Shown here: positions 14,267 to 24,144 of the stretch, piece after piece
How the letters are laid out: every line of letters starts with the position of its first letter
Position numbering within the stretch: the stretch's first letter is position 1
Assembly: GCA_963836205.1 (NCBI GenBank)
Contig: CAWIIV010000007.1
Span: 1-64,000, forward strand
DNA from: an uncultured Acidimicrobiia bacterium
Lineage (GTDB): Bacteria > Actinomycetota > Acidimicrobiia > Acidimicrobiales > AC-14
DNA length: 64,000 nt
Reading direction: 5' to 3'
Made by a program: the position numbers and the translations under genes
The notes under the pieces: model-generated
Database searches by the model: none
What the model saw: the letters and a program-made list of their open reading frames with translations, nothing else
Told to the model about the DNA's origin: nothing

Positions 14267-15376
14267 TCAGGACACCCGAACCGGCATCAACAGGTAAAGG
14301 AAGTCGGTGCCGCCGTCGGGGTTGGTGGCCACCGGCTTGAGGGTGGCCGGCTTGAGCGCGTCGAGCGTCTCCAGCACCACCTCGTCGCCGGGGATGGCCT
14401 CAATGCCTTCGAGGAGGAAGTCGGGGTTGAAGGCCACGGTCATCTCGGTGCCCTCGTACTTGGCGTCGACGTCTTCGCGGGCCTGGCCCACGTCCTGGGT
14501 GATGGCCGTGAGCTGCACCCCGTCGGCCCGCAGGGCCAGGCGCACCGGCGTGGCCTCCCGGGCCAGCAGCTTCACCCGGCGGACGGCGTCGATCATGGGC
14601 TCCTTGCCCACCGACAGCCGGTTGGGGTAGGTGCTGGGGATGAGTTGGCGGTAGTTGGGGAACTCGCCCTCGATGAGGCGGGTGGTGAGCCGGACGTTGC
14701 CCGCCTCGAACGTGGCCTGGTCGGCCCCCAGGCGCAGGGTGACGGTGGGTGAGGCGCTGAGCACCCGGGTGAGCTCGCCCAGGGCCCGCGCCGGCACGAG
14801 CACCTGCTTTCCTTCGGCCAGCAGGCTGGTGCCGGGCAGGTCGCGCAGGGCCAGCCGGTAGGAGTCGGTGGCCACCAGTCGCAGCCCGCCGGCCTCGGCC
14901 GCCAGCAGCACGCCGGTGAGGATCGGCCGGGCGTCGTCGCGCGACGCGGCCCGCACCACCTGCGTCAACGCCGCCGACAGGGTGGCCGCGTCGAGCGTGA
15001 CCGCGTCGGCGGCCGGCTCGGGCAGGCGCAGGAACTCCTCCGCCGGCAGGAGGCGCACAGTGAACTGCGACCGCCCGGCCGAGATCACCGCCTCGCTCCC
15101 CTCGGCCGAGATCGACACCGCGGAGGGGTCGAGGGCCCGCACGATGTCGGCCGCCAGGCGGGCAGGCACCACGCACACCCCGTCGGCCACCCCGTTGACG
15201 GTGGCCTCCACCTGGACGGTGAGGTCGAGATCGCTCCCGGCCAGCTTGAGCGTGTCACCGGCGACTTCCATGCGCACTCCGGACAGCGCGGGCAGGGCCC
15301 CGCCGCGGGTGGCCGCGGCCCGGGCGGCGGTGCTCAGCGCGTCGAGGAGGGTGTCGCGTTCGGCCCGAAACTTCAC
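14267..15376 (-). CDS. dnaN: DNA polymerase III beta sliding clamp
   Basis: SDLDL, ATDSYRLA, RLIEGEFPNY, AFNPDFL, YLLMPVR. Confidence 0.97.
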   Translation of the reverse strand: MKFRAERDTLLDALSTAARAAATRGGALPALSGVRMEVAGDTLKLAGSDLDLTVQVEATVNGVADGVCVVPARLAADIVRALDPSAVSISAEGSEAVISAGRSQFTVRLLPAEEFLRLPEPAADAVTLDAATLSAALTQVVRAASRDDARPILTGVLLAAEAGGLRLVATDSYRLALRDLPGTSLLAEGKQVLVPARALGELTRVLSASPTVTLRLGADQATFEAGNVRLTTRLIEGEFPNYRQLIPSTYPNRLSVGKEPMIDAVRRVKLLAREATPVRLALRADGVQLTAITQDVGQAREDVDAKYEGTEMTVAFNPDFLLEGIEAIPGDEVVLETLDALKPATLKPVATNPDGGTDFLYLLMPVRVS

Positions 15377-15631
15377 TGGATCGACTCCCCTGCGGTTAGC
15401 TCTTTCATATGTAGAACATGGAGAGAGAGCGGTAGGGCTTGTGGATTGGGGAAAGTTCGGTGTTGTCGCAGGCCGGAGCCGGTTTGCGACTCCACCCTGC
15501 GTCCCCAGCCTTCCACAGTGGTGAGACAACGAGACGAAATCCCACGCCTGTCACTCGGGATGACGGGGGAGTTGTCGACAGGGGGCGGTAGGACGCGTCC
15601 ACCGGTCGTGCACCGGCTCCACGGGTAGGGG
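15377..15631. other. oriC (dnaA-dnaN intergenic part)
   Basis: Non-coding; degenerate DnaA boxes (TGTGGATTG, TGGGGAAAG, CCTTCCACA, TTGTCGACA) and an AT-rich patch next to dnaN; canonical actinobacterial location. Confidence 0.7.
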
Positions 15632-17119
15632 TCACGAGCCGGCGCTGCGGATGCGGTGCATGAGCTCGGTGACCTGCTCGTAGATCGTCCGCCGCTCCCG
15701 CATGAGCTCGGAGATCTTGGACACCGCGTGCATCACGGTGGTGTGGTCGCGGTCGCCGAAGGCCCGCCCGATGGCCGGGTAGCTGAAGTCGGTCATCTCC
15801 CGCAGGACGTACATGGCCACCTGGCGGGCGGTGACGAGGGGACGGCTGCGGCTCTTGCCGCACAACTCGTCGACGGTGAGCCCGAACATGTCGGCCGTGG
15901 CTTCGATGACGAGCTTGGCTGTGATCTGGCGGGGCGCCTTGGCCGTGATGAGGTCGCCCAGGACGTCCTCGGCCATCTCCAGGTCGAGTGGGACCCGCTG
16001 GAGGTTGGAGTAGGCCAGCACCCGGTTGAGGGCGCCCTCCAGCTCCCGGATGTTGTTGGTGATGTGGGTGGCGATGTAGGTGAGGACGTCGTCGGGGGCC
16101 TTGGACGGCTCACCGGCTGCCTTCTTGCGCAGGATGGCGAGGCGGGTCTCGAGGTGCGGCGGCTGGACGTCGGTGATGAGGCCCCACCCGAAGCGGCTGC
16201 GGAGGCGGTCCTCCAGGGTGGCCATGGCCTTCGGCGGGCGGTCGGAGGAGATCACGATCTGACGACCGGCGGAGTGCAGGTAGTCGAAGGTGTGGAAGAA
16301 CTCCTCCTGGGTGGTGGCCTTGTTCTCGATGAGCTGCACGTCGTCGACGAGCAGGACGTCGCATCGGCGGTAGCGGAGCTTGAACGCGCCCTGGCTGTTG
16401 GTGCGGATGGCCTCGATGAAGTCGTTGAGGAAGTGCTCGGTGGAGACGTAGCGCACGCACATCTGCGGGTAGTTGGCCCGCACGTAGTGGCCGATGGCGT
16501 GGAGGAGGTGGGTCTTGCCCAGGCCGGCGTCGCCGTAGATGAACAGGGGGTTGTAGGACACCGCCGGCTGCTCGGCCACGGCCAGGGCGGCGGCGGCCGC
16601 GAACCGGTTGGACTCGCCGATGACGAAGTCGTCGAACGTGTAGTTGGGGTTGAGCGCGATCTCGCCCAGGGCGCCGAAGTCGTCAGGGGTGGACTGGCTG
16701 GCCCGCACCCCCCCGCCACGGGTGACGGTGCTCCCCGACCCGGGGGAGGGTGGGGTTGGAGGGCTCCCCGAGTCGGCGCCGCCGCCGCCGACCGAACCGA
16801 CCGGGCTGGCAACGCCGACGCCGACCGTGGCCAGCTCGTCGCCCGAGGCCCGGGCCAGCTCGGTGTGGACCTCGAGCACGATCTGGTGGGCTTCGCCGGC
16901 CAGCTCGGTGAGGATGTCCTCCACGAAGCGCAGGTAGCGGCTCTCGATGCGCTCCTTGGCCACCGCGCTTGGGACCGCCAGGATCAGGCGCCGATCCGCG
17001 AGTGCAAGGGGGCGAGCCGATTCGAGCCAGGCTTTGCCTGCTCCGTCGGGCAACTCGTTGCGCAGCACGGCCACGCACGCACCCCACAAGTACTCAGCGT
17101 TCGGCACCCGCGCAGCCAC
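15632..17119 (-). CDS. dnaA: Chromosomal replication initiator DnaA
   Basis: YTFDDFVIGESN, YNPLFIYGDAGLGKTHL, LLVDDVQ, RDHTTVMHA. Confidence 0.98.
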   Translation of the reverse strand: MAARVPNAEYLWGACVAVLRNELPDGAGKAWLESARPLALADRRLILAVPSAVAKERIESRYLRFVEDILTELAGEAHQIVLEVHTELARASGDELATVGVGVASPVGSVGGGGADSGSPPTPPSPGSGSTVTRGGGVRASQSTPDDFGALGEIALNPNYTFDDFVIGESNRFAAAAALAVAEQPAVSYNPLFIYGDAGLGKTHLLHAIGHYVRANYPQMCVRYVSTEHFLNDFIEAIRTNSQGAFKLRYRRCDVLLVDDVQLIENKATTQEEFFHTFDYLHSAGRQIVISSDRPPKAMATLEDRLRSRFGWGLITDVQPPHLETRLAILRKKAAGEPSKAPDDVLTYIATHITNNIRELEGALNRVLAYSNLQRVPLDLEMAEDVLGDLITAKAPRQITAKLVIEATADMFGLTVDELCGKSRSRPLVTARQVAMYVLREMTDFSYPAIGRAFGDRDHTTVMHAVSKISELMRERRTIYEQVTELMHRIRSAGS

Positions 17120-17130
17120 CTCCCTGGATG

Positions 17131-17346
17131 TTTCCCACAGGCTTATCCACAGAGAGTGGATAAGTCTCGGGCACCGGATTTATCCGCGGCGCTGCAATGT
17201 CCGAGGGCCAGGGAAGTGGGACCCGCTCCCCAAGGGCCGCTCCCGGGGAAGGTGGAAACCGTACCACCGGCGGACGGGCGGGGCACAAGGGGTGAAGGCC
17301 GATTCCGGGGCCGCCGGGGCCTGCCCGGCGGGCGGTGTTGCCCACA
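17131..17346. promoter_or_regulatory. DnaA box cluster upstream of dnaA
   Basis: TTTCCCACA 17131, perfect TTATCCACA 17143, AGTGGATAA 17155, TTGCCCACA 17338. Confidence 0.85.
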
Positions 17347-17439
17347 GGCTCCGGGAGCCTTTAGCCTGGATCGGATTCTTGACTGCAACGATTCTTCCAA
17401 CGATGAAGCCGGCGCGGGCGCACGCCGGGGAGGCCATGG

Positions 17440-17574
17440 GTGAAGAGAACATTCCAACCGAACAACCGGAAGCGGGCCAAGCGCCACGGGTTCCGTCACC
17501 GGATGTCGACATCGGCCGGCCGGGCGATCCTGTCCGCCCGCCGACGCAAGGGTCGCGCCAAGCTGTCGGCCTGA
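17440..17574 (+). CDS. rpmH: 50S ribosomal protein L34
   Basis: Manual translation [44 protein letters not shown] (below the ORF-track cutoff). Confidence 0.97.
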   Translation: MKRTFQPNNRKRAKRHGFRHRMSTSAGRAILSARRRKGRAKLSA

Positions 17575-18029
17575 TCTGGTCGGTCCGTGACCGGGCCACG
17601 TTCCAGGCCCTGCGCCGGTCCCGGTCCCGAGTCCGTCGGGGGCCGATCACGGTAACCTGGGTGCCCGGTGACCCGTCCGAACCTCCCAGGGTCGCCTATG
17701 CGGTCGGCCGGTCGGCCGGCGGTGCGGTGGTGCGCAACCGGATCCGGCGCCGGCTGCGGTCAGTCTCCAGGGAGGCCGGACCGCTGCTCCGTCCCGGCGC
17801 TTACCTCGTCGGGGCCCACGCAGGGGCGTCGTCGCTGTCCTATCGAGAACTGAGAGCCACCCTGTGCGAAGCGCTGGCCACCCTGGCCACCAAGGAACCT
17901 CCGGCAGCCGCCGGGCGTCGGTCGACGCCGCCGGGTTCGTCGACGACTTCGACTGCGACCGGAACAGCCTCGCCACCACCGCCACCACCACCACCACCAC
18001 CGGCCGGCGGACGTCCGCCGGCGTGCTGA
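17571..18029 (+). CDS. rnpA: Ribonuclease P protein component
   Basis: [24 protein letters not shown] (RNR motif); probable CTG start overlapping the rpmH stop. Confidence 0.9.
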   Translation: MIWSVRDRATFQALRRSRSRVRRGPITVTWVPGDPSEPPRVAYAVGRSAGGAVVRNRIRRRLRSVSREAGPLLRPGAYLVGAHAGASSLSYRELRATLCEALATLATKEPPAAAGRRSTPPGSSTTSTATGTASPPPPPPPPPPAGGRPPAC

Positions 18030-18259
18030 GCCGGGTGGCCAGTGCTCCGATCCGGCTGTACCGGCTGCTGTCGGCGGGCCGTCTCCCCCACTGTCGCTAC
18101 TGGCCGACGTGTTCGGCCTACGCCCTGGAAGCGATCGAGGCCCACGGTGCCGGCCGGGGCCTGTGGCTGGCCGTGCGGCGGATCGGGCGGTGTCACCCCT
18201 GGGGCGGCTTCGGGGCCGATCCGGTGCCCGCGGCCAGTTCGCGTCGGGTGACCGCTTGA
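18023..18259 (+). CDS. yidD: Membrane protein insertion efficiency factor
   Basis: [17 protein letters not shown]...RCHPWGG.G.DPVP. Confidence 0.93.
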   Translation: MLSRVASAPIRLYRLLSAGRLPHCRYWPTCSAYALEAIEAHGAGRGLWLAVRRIGRCHPWGGFGADPVPAASSRRVTA

Positions 18260-19553
18260 TGGGCTCGCCGATGCTGGCCGCCGCCCTCTTCGACTGGCTC
18301 TACAACGCCTTTGGGTCGGTGATGGCGTTCTTCTACGCCCTGATCCCGTCCTACGGCTTCGCCATCATCATGCTCACCATCACCGTGCGGGTGGTGCTCA
18401 TTCCCCTGACGGCCAAGCAGGTGAAATCGCAAAGGGCGATGCAGCAATTGCAGCCCGAGCTGAAGCGGTTGCAGGCCAAGCACAAGGGTGATCGCCAGAA
18501 GCTCAACGAAGAGATGATGAAGCTCTACAAGGAGAACAAGGCCAACCCCCTTGCCGGGTGCCTGCCGCTGATCCTGCAGATGCCGCTCTTCATCATCCTG
18601 TACCGGCTGATCATCGATCTGAGCAAGGTGCCGCCCAGGCACATCCCGCTGGGGAGCGAACTGCACCAGGCGCTCGTCGAGTCCTCGGGCAAGCTGGAGT
18701 CGTTCGGGATCGACCTGTCCAACAAGCCGGCGTCGGTGATCGGGCTGTTCCTGGTGGCGGCGGTGGTCGCCACCGGGTACTACCAGCAGAAGCAGATGAC
18801 GGCCCGGATGTCGAAGGACGCCATCAATCCCCAGATGCAAATGGTCACCAAGATCATGCCCGCCTTCTTCGGCCTGATCTCACTGTCGGTTCCGGCCGGT
18901 GTCGTCCTCTATTTCGTCGTGTCCAACCTGTGGCAGATCGCCCAACAGGCGGTCGCCTTTCGCAATCGTCCCATGCTTGTGGGCGAGGAGGACACGTCGA
19001 AGCCGGCAGGCAAATCCGGTGGCTCCGGCGGGGCGGGTGGGTCGGGTGGCGTGGGCGCGGGGGCCAAGGGTGGTGGGGGCGCGGGGTCGACCAAGGGTGG
19101 GGGAGCGAAGGATTCGGGGGCGAAGCGGGGTCGTCGAAGACGGGGTCGTCCAAGGTGGGGCCGGCTAAGCCCGCGGTTCCGAAGAAGCCTGGCGGAGGTG
19201 GCGGCTCCGGAGGCTCGAACCGCCCCCCCAGTGGGCGGGTCACCCCCAAGGGTGGAGGCACCGGACGGGTCACGCCCAAGGGCGGGCCCGGTGGAACCAG
19301 GCCCGGGGGATCGAAGTCGGGAAGCGGCGCCGGGAGCGGGTCAGGCGCCGGCGCCGGCCAGAAAGCAGGGAAGGCGAGCTCCAAGGCGGAGACTCCTCAG
19401 TCCTCGGGCGAGAGGCCCTCGGTTCGGGACTCACTGCTGGGCCGCCTGTCGAATCGTGCTGCCAAGGCCAAACGACCACCCCCCGCGGCCCGCCCCAAGG
19501 GCCTGCCTCCCACGAAGGGGTCGTCCGGAGGCTCTTCGAGGAAGGAATCGTGA
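18259..19553 (+). CDS. yidC: Membrane insertase YidC with Gly/Lys-rich tail; apparent frameshift near 19125
   Basis: LQPELKRLQ, NPLAGCLPLILQMP, LYFVVSNLWQ; tail continues in another frame to ...SSRKES* at 19553. Confidence 0.92.
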
Positions 19554-19556
19554 CGC

Positions 19557-20521
19557 GTGGAATGGGTCGAAGTAACTGCAAAAACAGTGGAAGATGCGAA
19601 GGAGATGGCGCTCGATCAGTTGGGCGTCGACGAGAGCGATGCCGAGTTCGAGGTCCTGGAGGAGGCCAAGGCGGGCCTCTTCGGGCTGTTGCGGTCGCAG
19701 GCCCGGGTTCGGGCCCGAGTCGTGCCGACCGCGGCCCGTCCGAAGGTGGAGCGTCGCGACCGGAAGCGGCCCGGGAGCGGGAGCGGGAGTGGCGGTGGCG
19801 GCGGTCGTCGGGAGCGGCCGGCTGCGGCGGCGGGCAGTGCGTCGTCACCCTCCCCGGGTAGCCGCCGCCGCCGGCCTCCTCGGGCTCGCGGGGCGGTTCC
19901 GGGAACGGGGCCAGGGGCCGGCCGCGGTCTCCGGCCTCCGACGGGGCCCGTTCGGGTGGGCCTCGCCGCAGCCCGGCCAGGGAAGATCGACCGTCGCGAC
20001 CGGCGTCACAGGAGGGAGTTGGCATGCACGAGGGTGACCCGGACGTCGATGCGGCGGAACTGGCCGAGGAGTTCGTCGAGGGACTGCTGAACCGCTTCGG
20101 TGCCAAGTTCGACCTGGAGCGGCGGGAGATCGACGACGACACCGTGGAGATCGCGGTGACGGGCGACGACCTGGGCATGCTCATCGGCCCGCGTGGCCAG
20201 ACGCTGGCCGCGGTCCAGGAGTTGGCTCGTACGGTCGTGCAGCGCAAGGCTCCGGGGGCTCGCACCCGCATCCTGGTCGACATCGCCGGGTACCGCATGG
20301 CCCGCCGGGAGGCCCTCGAGCGCTTCACCCGGGGCGTGGCCGAGCAGGTGCTGGCCACCGGTGTGGCCCGGGTGCTGGAGCCGATGTCGCCACCCGACCG
20401 CAAGGTGGTGCACGACACGGCCAACACCATCGACGGGGTGTCGACGTCGTCGGAGGGCGAGGAGCCCCGCCGGCGGGTCGTGATCATCCCCGACGCAGTC
20501 GAGGACGACGGCGACAGCTGA
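19557..20521 (+). CDS. jag: Jag/EloR (KhpB) RNA-binding protein; split by a frameshift near 19860
   Basis: Jag_N MEWVEVTAKTVEDA..GLFG; KH LIGPRGQTL and R3H RKVVH in the 20024-20521 frame. Confidence 0.9.
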
Positions 20522-20543
20522 CAGTGCCGGCCCCGGTCGGCGG

Positions 20544-21167
20544 GTGGAGCTCGAGTCCCGGCTGCTGCCGGTGCTGGAGGACGCCCGCCGCCTGGGCCTG
20601 ATCGGTCCCGGTCATCTCCTCCCCCACCTCGACCACGCCCTCGGTTTCGGGCCGGCCGGGGGTGTGTGCCTCGACCTCGGGAGCGGCGCCGGCCTGCCCG
20701 GCCTCCCGCTGGCCCTGGCCTGGCCCGAGAGCCGGTGGACGCTGATCGACGGCGGCGTTCGGCGGGTGGAGTTCCTGGTCGAGGCGGTGCGGGCGCTCGG
20801 GATCGCGGATCGGGTGACGGTGGTCGAGGGCAGGGCGGAGGAATTGGCCCGACGTGAGGGGCTGCGGGGTCGTTTCGACCTGGTTGTGGCTCGGGGCTTC
20901 GGTCCCCCGGCGGTGACGGCCGAGTGTGGGGCCGGTTTCCTGGCCGTCGGGGGTCGGTTGGTGGTGAGCGAGCCGCCCGGGGGCCGGCCGGACCGGTGGC
21001 CGTCGGTGGGATTGGCCATGCTTGGGTTGGAGCCGGTCGAGGGAGAGGGAACTCGGGAGGCGGGCGGGGCGGCGTATCAGGTGCTTCGGCAGGCGGCGCC
21101 CTGCCCCGACCGGTTCCCCCGCCGGGTGGGCATCCCCGCCAAGCGGCCCCTGTTCGTCACGGGATAA
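20544..21167 (+). CDS. rsmG: 16S rRNA m7G527 methyltransferase
   Basis: LDLGSGAGLPGLPLA, GRAEE, FDLVVARG; synteny. Confidence 0.92.
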   Translation: MELESRLLPVLEDARRLGLIGPGHLLPHLDHALGFGPAGGVCLDLGSGAGLPGLPLALAWPESRWTLIDGGVRRVEFLVEAVRALGIADRVTVVEGRAEELARREGLRGRFDLVVARGFGPPAVTAECGAGFLAVGGRLVVSEPPGGRPDRWPSVGLAMLGLEPVEGEGTREAGGAAYQVLRQAAPCPDRFPRRVGIPAKRPLFVTG

Positions 21168-21510
21168 TTGGCGAACGACCACGCCGGACACACGCTACGG
21201 CGGTCCTCGCTGCTCGGCCGGCCCGCGGCGGGGTCGCCATCGAGGAGGGCATCTGACGACCCACCGAGACTTAAGGCTCCTCGGTCGGTTCTGGAGCCGC
21301 TGGGACGCGGCAACGTGGTTCGCGGGGGTTCGACGGCAGGGGAGTGTCGAATCGTGTCCGGGGTCTTCGCGGGGAGCCTGCACGCACGGGATGTACACGT
21401 GCTGCTGCCCCGCCGTTCACCCGGCAGGCACTCCCCTACCTCAGACCAGGGAACGATCGCTGGCGTGGTCCGACCTACGCCCCGGGGAACGTTCCAACAC
21501 TCGGCGAAAT

Positions 21511-21526
21511 TGTTTCACGTGGAACA
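21511..21526. promoter_or_regulatory. parS centromere site
   Basis: TGTTTCACGTGGAACA, one mismatch to the parS consensus, directly upstream of parA. Confidence 0.93.
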
Positions 21527-21574
21527 CGAGCTTGATGCTTGACCCGGGGTCGAGAGGTGCCATGATGGGGAGCC

Positions 21575-22726
21575 GTGAGCGAGGAAAACGGACACTCCTG
21601 GCCCGCCGTCGATGTGGAGCCACCTCCGACTCACTTCTCCGGCGACGGCCCGCCCGACGACGATATCCCCTCGATCCTCGAGTTGGCCGGTATTGCGGAC
21701 CCGTCTGCGTCGCACCGCGCGCCTCCCCTGTTGGAGGTGGCCCCCCACGCGCCGCCCGCCCCGTCAGACGAGGTGGCCGAGTCGGATTGGGACATCGCCG
21801 CATCCACCCAGATCCTCGATCGCCCGCTCCCCACCCCCTCTTCGACCGACGAGTCCCCCGTCGCGGCCGAGCCCGACTCCGCCGCCCCGCCGCCGACGCC
21901 CGAACCCGCACCGTCGCCAGCGGCGCCCGATCCCCTCGCCCGGCCGCCCCTTCCCCGGGTGATGGCCGTGGCCAACCAGAAGGGCGGGGTGGGCAAGACC
22001 ACCACCGCCGTCAACCTGGGCGCCGCCCTGGCCGAGATGGGCTACCGGGTCCTGCTCGTCGACCTCGATCCCCAGGGCAACGCCACCACCGGCGTGGGCG
22101 TCAACGCCCGCAACCTCCAGTCCTCGATCTACGACGTCCTCCTCGCCGACCTGCCCATGGAGGACTGCATCGAGCCGACGGGCGTCCGCAACCTGTTCGT
22201 CGCCCCGGCCATGATCGATCTGGCCGGGGCCGAGATCGAGCTCGTCCCCGCGTTCAGCCGTGAGCTCCGCCTTCGACGGGCGATCGAACGCATGGACGGC
22301 GACTTCGACTTCATCATCATCGACTGTCCCCCGTCGCTCGGCCTGCTGACGGTCAACGGGCTGGCCGCAGCCACCGAGGTCGTCGTCCCGATCCAGTGCG
22401 AGTACTACGCCCTCGAGGGCCTGGGCCAGCTCATGCGCAACGTCCAGCTCGTCCAGCGCAACCTCAACCCCCGCCTCGACCTGTCGACGATCATCCTCAC
22501 CATGTACGACGCCCGCACCAAGCTGGCCGAGCAGGTGGCCAAGGAGGTGCGCAAGCACTTCGGCGCCAAGGTGTGCCGCAACATCGTGCCTCGCACGGTC
22601 CGCCTCTCCGAGGCCCCGTCGTTCGGGCAACCCATCATCGTGTTCGACTCCACCTCGCGCGGCGCTCTGGCCTACCGCGAGCTGGCCAAGGAGGTAAGTG
22701 GTGGCGCGCCGCAGCGGACTCGGTAG
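21575..22726 (+). CDS. parA: Chromosome partitioning ATPase ParA/Soj with acidic Pro-rich N-extension
   Basis: ANQKGGVGKTTT, DLDPQGN, IDCPPSLG, QCEYYALEG. Confidence 0.96.
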   Translation: MSEENGHSWPAVDVEPPPTHFSGDGPPDDDIPSILELAGIADPSASHRAPPLLEVAPHAPPAPSDEVAESDWDIAASTQILDRPLPTPSSTDESPVAAEPDSAAPPPTPEPAPSPAAPDPLARPPLPRVMAVANQKGGVGKTTTAVNLGAALAEMGYRVLLVDLDPQGNATTGVGVNARNLQSSIYDVLLADLPMEDCIEPTGVRNLFVAPAMIDLAGAEIELVPAFSRELRLRRAIERMDGDFDFIIIDCPPSLGLLTVNGLAAATEVVVPIQCEYYALEGLGQLMRNVQLVQRNLNPRLDLSTIILTMYDARTKLAEQVAKEVRKHFGAKVCRNIVPRTVRLSEAPSFGQPIIVFDSTSRGALAYRELAKEVSGGAPQRTR

Positions 22727-23579
22727 GGGCCTCGGGGCCCTCATCCCGGCAGGGAGCAACGACTGGGCGGACTCCGCCTTCCAGGACCTACCCACCTCGG
22801 CGATCTTCCCCAACGCCCGCCAGCCCCGCAGCGCCTTCGACGAGGAGGCCATGGCCGCGCTGACCGCGTCGGTGCGGGAGCTAGGCGTCCTCCAACCGGT
22901 CTTGGTGCGGGCGATGGGCGAGGGCACCTACGAGCTGATCGCGGGGGAGCGGCGGTGGCGGGCGGCCAAGCGGGCCGGGCTGCCCCTCGTTCCCGCTATC
23001 ATCCGCACCGTCGACGACACGTCGTCGCTGGAGCAGGCCCTGGTGGAGAACCTCCAGCGGGAGGACCTCAACCCCCTCGACGAGGCCGCCGCCTACCAGC
23101 AGCTCCTGGAGGACTTCCACCTCACCCACGACGAGCTGGCCACCCGCATGGGCAAGAGCCGGGCCGCCATCTCGAACACCCTCCGGCTTTTCCAGCTGCC
23201 GCCGTCGGTGCAGCGCCTGGTCTCGGAGGCCAAGCTCACCGCCGGCCACGCCCGGGCCCTGCTCACCTGCCCCGACCGGGCCTTCCAGGAGACCATGGCC
23301 AAGCGGGCGGTGGCCGAGGGCCTGTCGGTGCGGGCGGTGGAGGAGGAGTCCCGCCGCCACAACCAGAAGGCCACCGCGACGGCCCCCACCGGCCCGGCCC
23401 GCCGCCTACGCCCGCCGGGATTGCTCGAGCTCGAGGAGCGCCTGTCGGATCACCTCGACACCCGGGTGAAGGTGGAGATGACCGCCAACCGGGGCAAGGT
23501 CGTGATCGAGTTCGCCAACCTGGAGGACCTCGAGCGCATCTACCGGGCGATGACCGGCGGCAAAGTCACGACGCCGTAA
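22698..23579 (+). CDS. parB: Chromosome partitioning protein ParB
   Basis: [32 protein letters not shown]. Confidence 0.96.
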   Translation: MVARRSGLGRGLGALIPAGSNDWADSAFQDLPTSAIFPNARQPRSAFDEEAMAALTASVRELGVLQPVLVRAMGEGTYELIAGERRWRAAKRAGLPLVPAIIRTVDDTSSLEQALVENLQREDLNPLDEAAAYQQLLEDFHLTHDELATRMGKSRAAISNTLRLFQLPPSVQRLVSEAKLTAGHARALLTCPDRAFQETMAKRAVAEGLSVRAVEEESRRHNQKATATAPTGPARRLRPPGLLELEERLSDHLDTRVKVEMTANRGKVVIEFANLEDLERIYRAMTGGKVTTP

Positions 23580-23681
23580 TTGCAAAGTCGGGCAACGGCT
23601 CCCCCGCCCGGAACGACCGCGTCTCTCCCGGTCCTCCACACCAAATCCTCCACAGCTTGTTCGTGCGCTGTGGAAAGCGGG

Positions 23682-24014
23682 TCACCCAGGCCCCTCCGGG
23701 GATCCCTCTCGTGCGTCTTCGGTCCGTTCCGATGCCTTCTGCAGCATCTCCAGTAGATCGCCGAGCCGACGGTGTTCCGTCTCCAGGTGACGGAGCGGCA
23801 TGGCGTCGTTGACCACGTAGTGGTTGCGCCGCCCCTGCCTGGTCCTCGCCAGGTAGCCGGACGCGACCAGTTGGCCTACGATCGCTTGGACCCGTCGCTC
23901 GGTGATGCCGACCCTCACGGCGACGTCGCGCATCCGCACTTCGGGATTTTCGGCGATGCAGAGCAGGACGAGCGTGTGGCTGGTCACGAACGTCCAGCTG
24001 TCGTCCATGGCCAT
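23682..24014 (-). CDS. Winged-helix transcriptional regulator
   Basis: WTFVTSHTLVL...RMRDVAVRVGITERRVQAIV..L...GY..RTRQGRRNHY. Confidence 0.85.
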   Translation of the reverse strand: MAMDDSWTFVTSHTLVLLCIAENPEVRMRDVAVRVGITERRVQAIVGQLVASGYLARTRQGRRNHYVVNDAMPLRHLETEHRRLGDLLEMLQKASERTEDAREGSPEGPG

Positions 24015-24039
24015 GATGGTACGGGGAGTGAAGGCAACG

Positions 24040-24118
24040 ATCACGAACTCGTCATCACGAACTCGTCATCACGAACTGCCCATCACGAACTGCCCATCAC
24101 GAACTACTAGTCACGAAC
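24040..24118. repeat. Six tandem 14-bp repeats, core TCACGAAC
   Basis: ATCACGAACTCGTC x2, ATCACGAACTGCCC x2, ATCACGAACTACTA, GTCACGAAC. Confidence 0.93.
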
Positions 24119-24144
24119 AAAACAGCGGTGCTACCTTCCCCTCG

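Noticed and set aside
24040-24118. Possible mini-CRISPR array
   Set aside because: 14-bp period with no unique spacers and no cas genes
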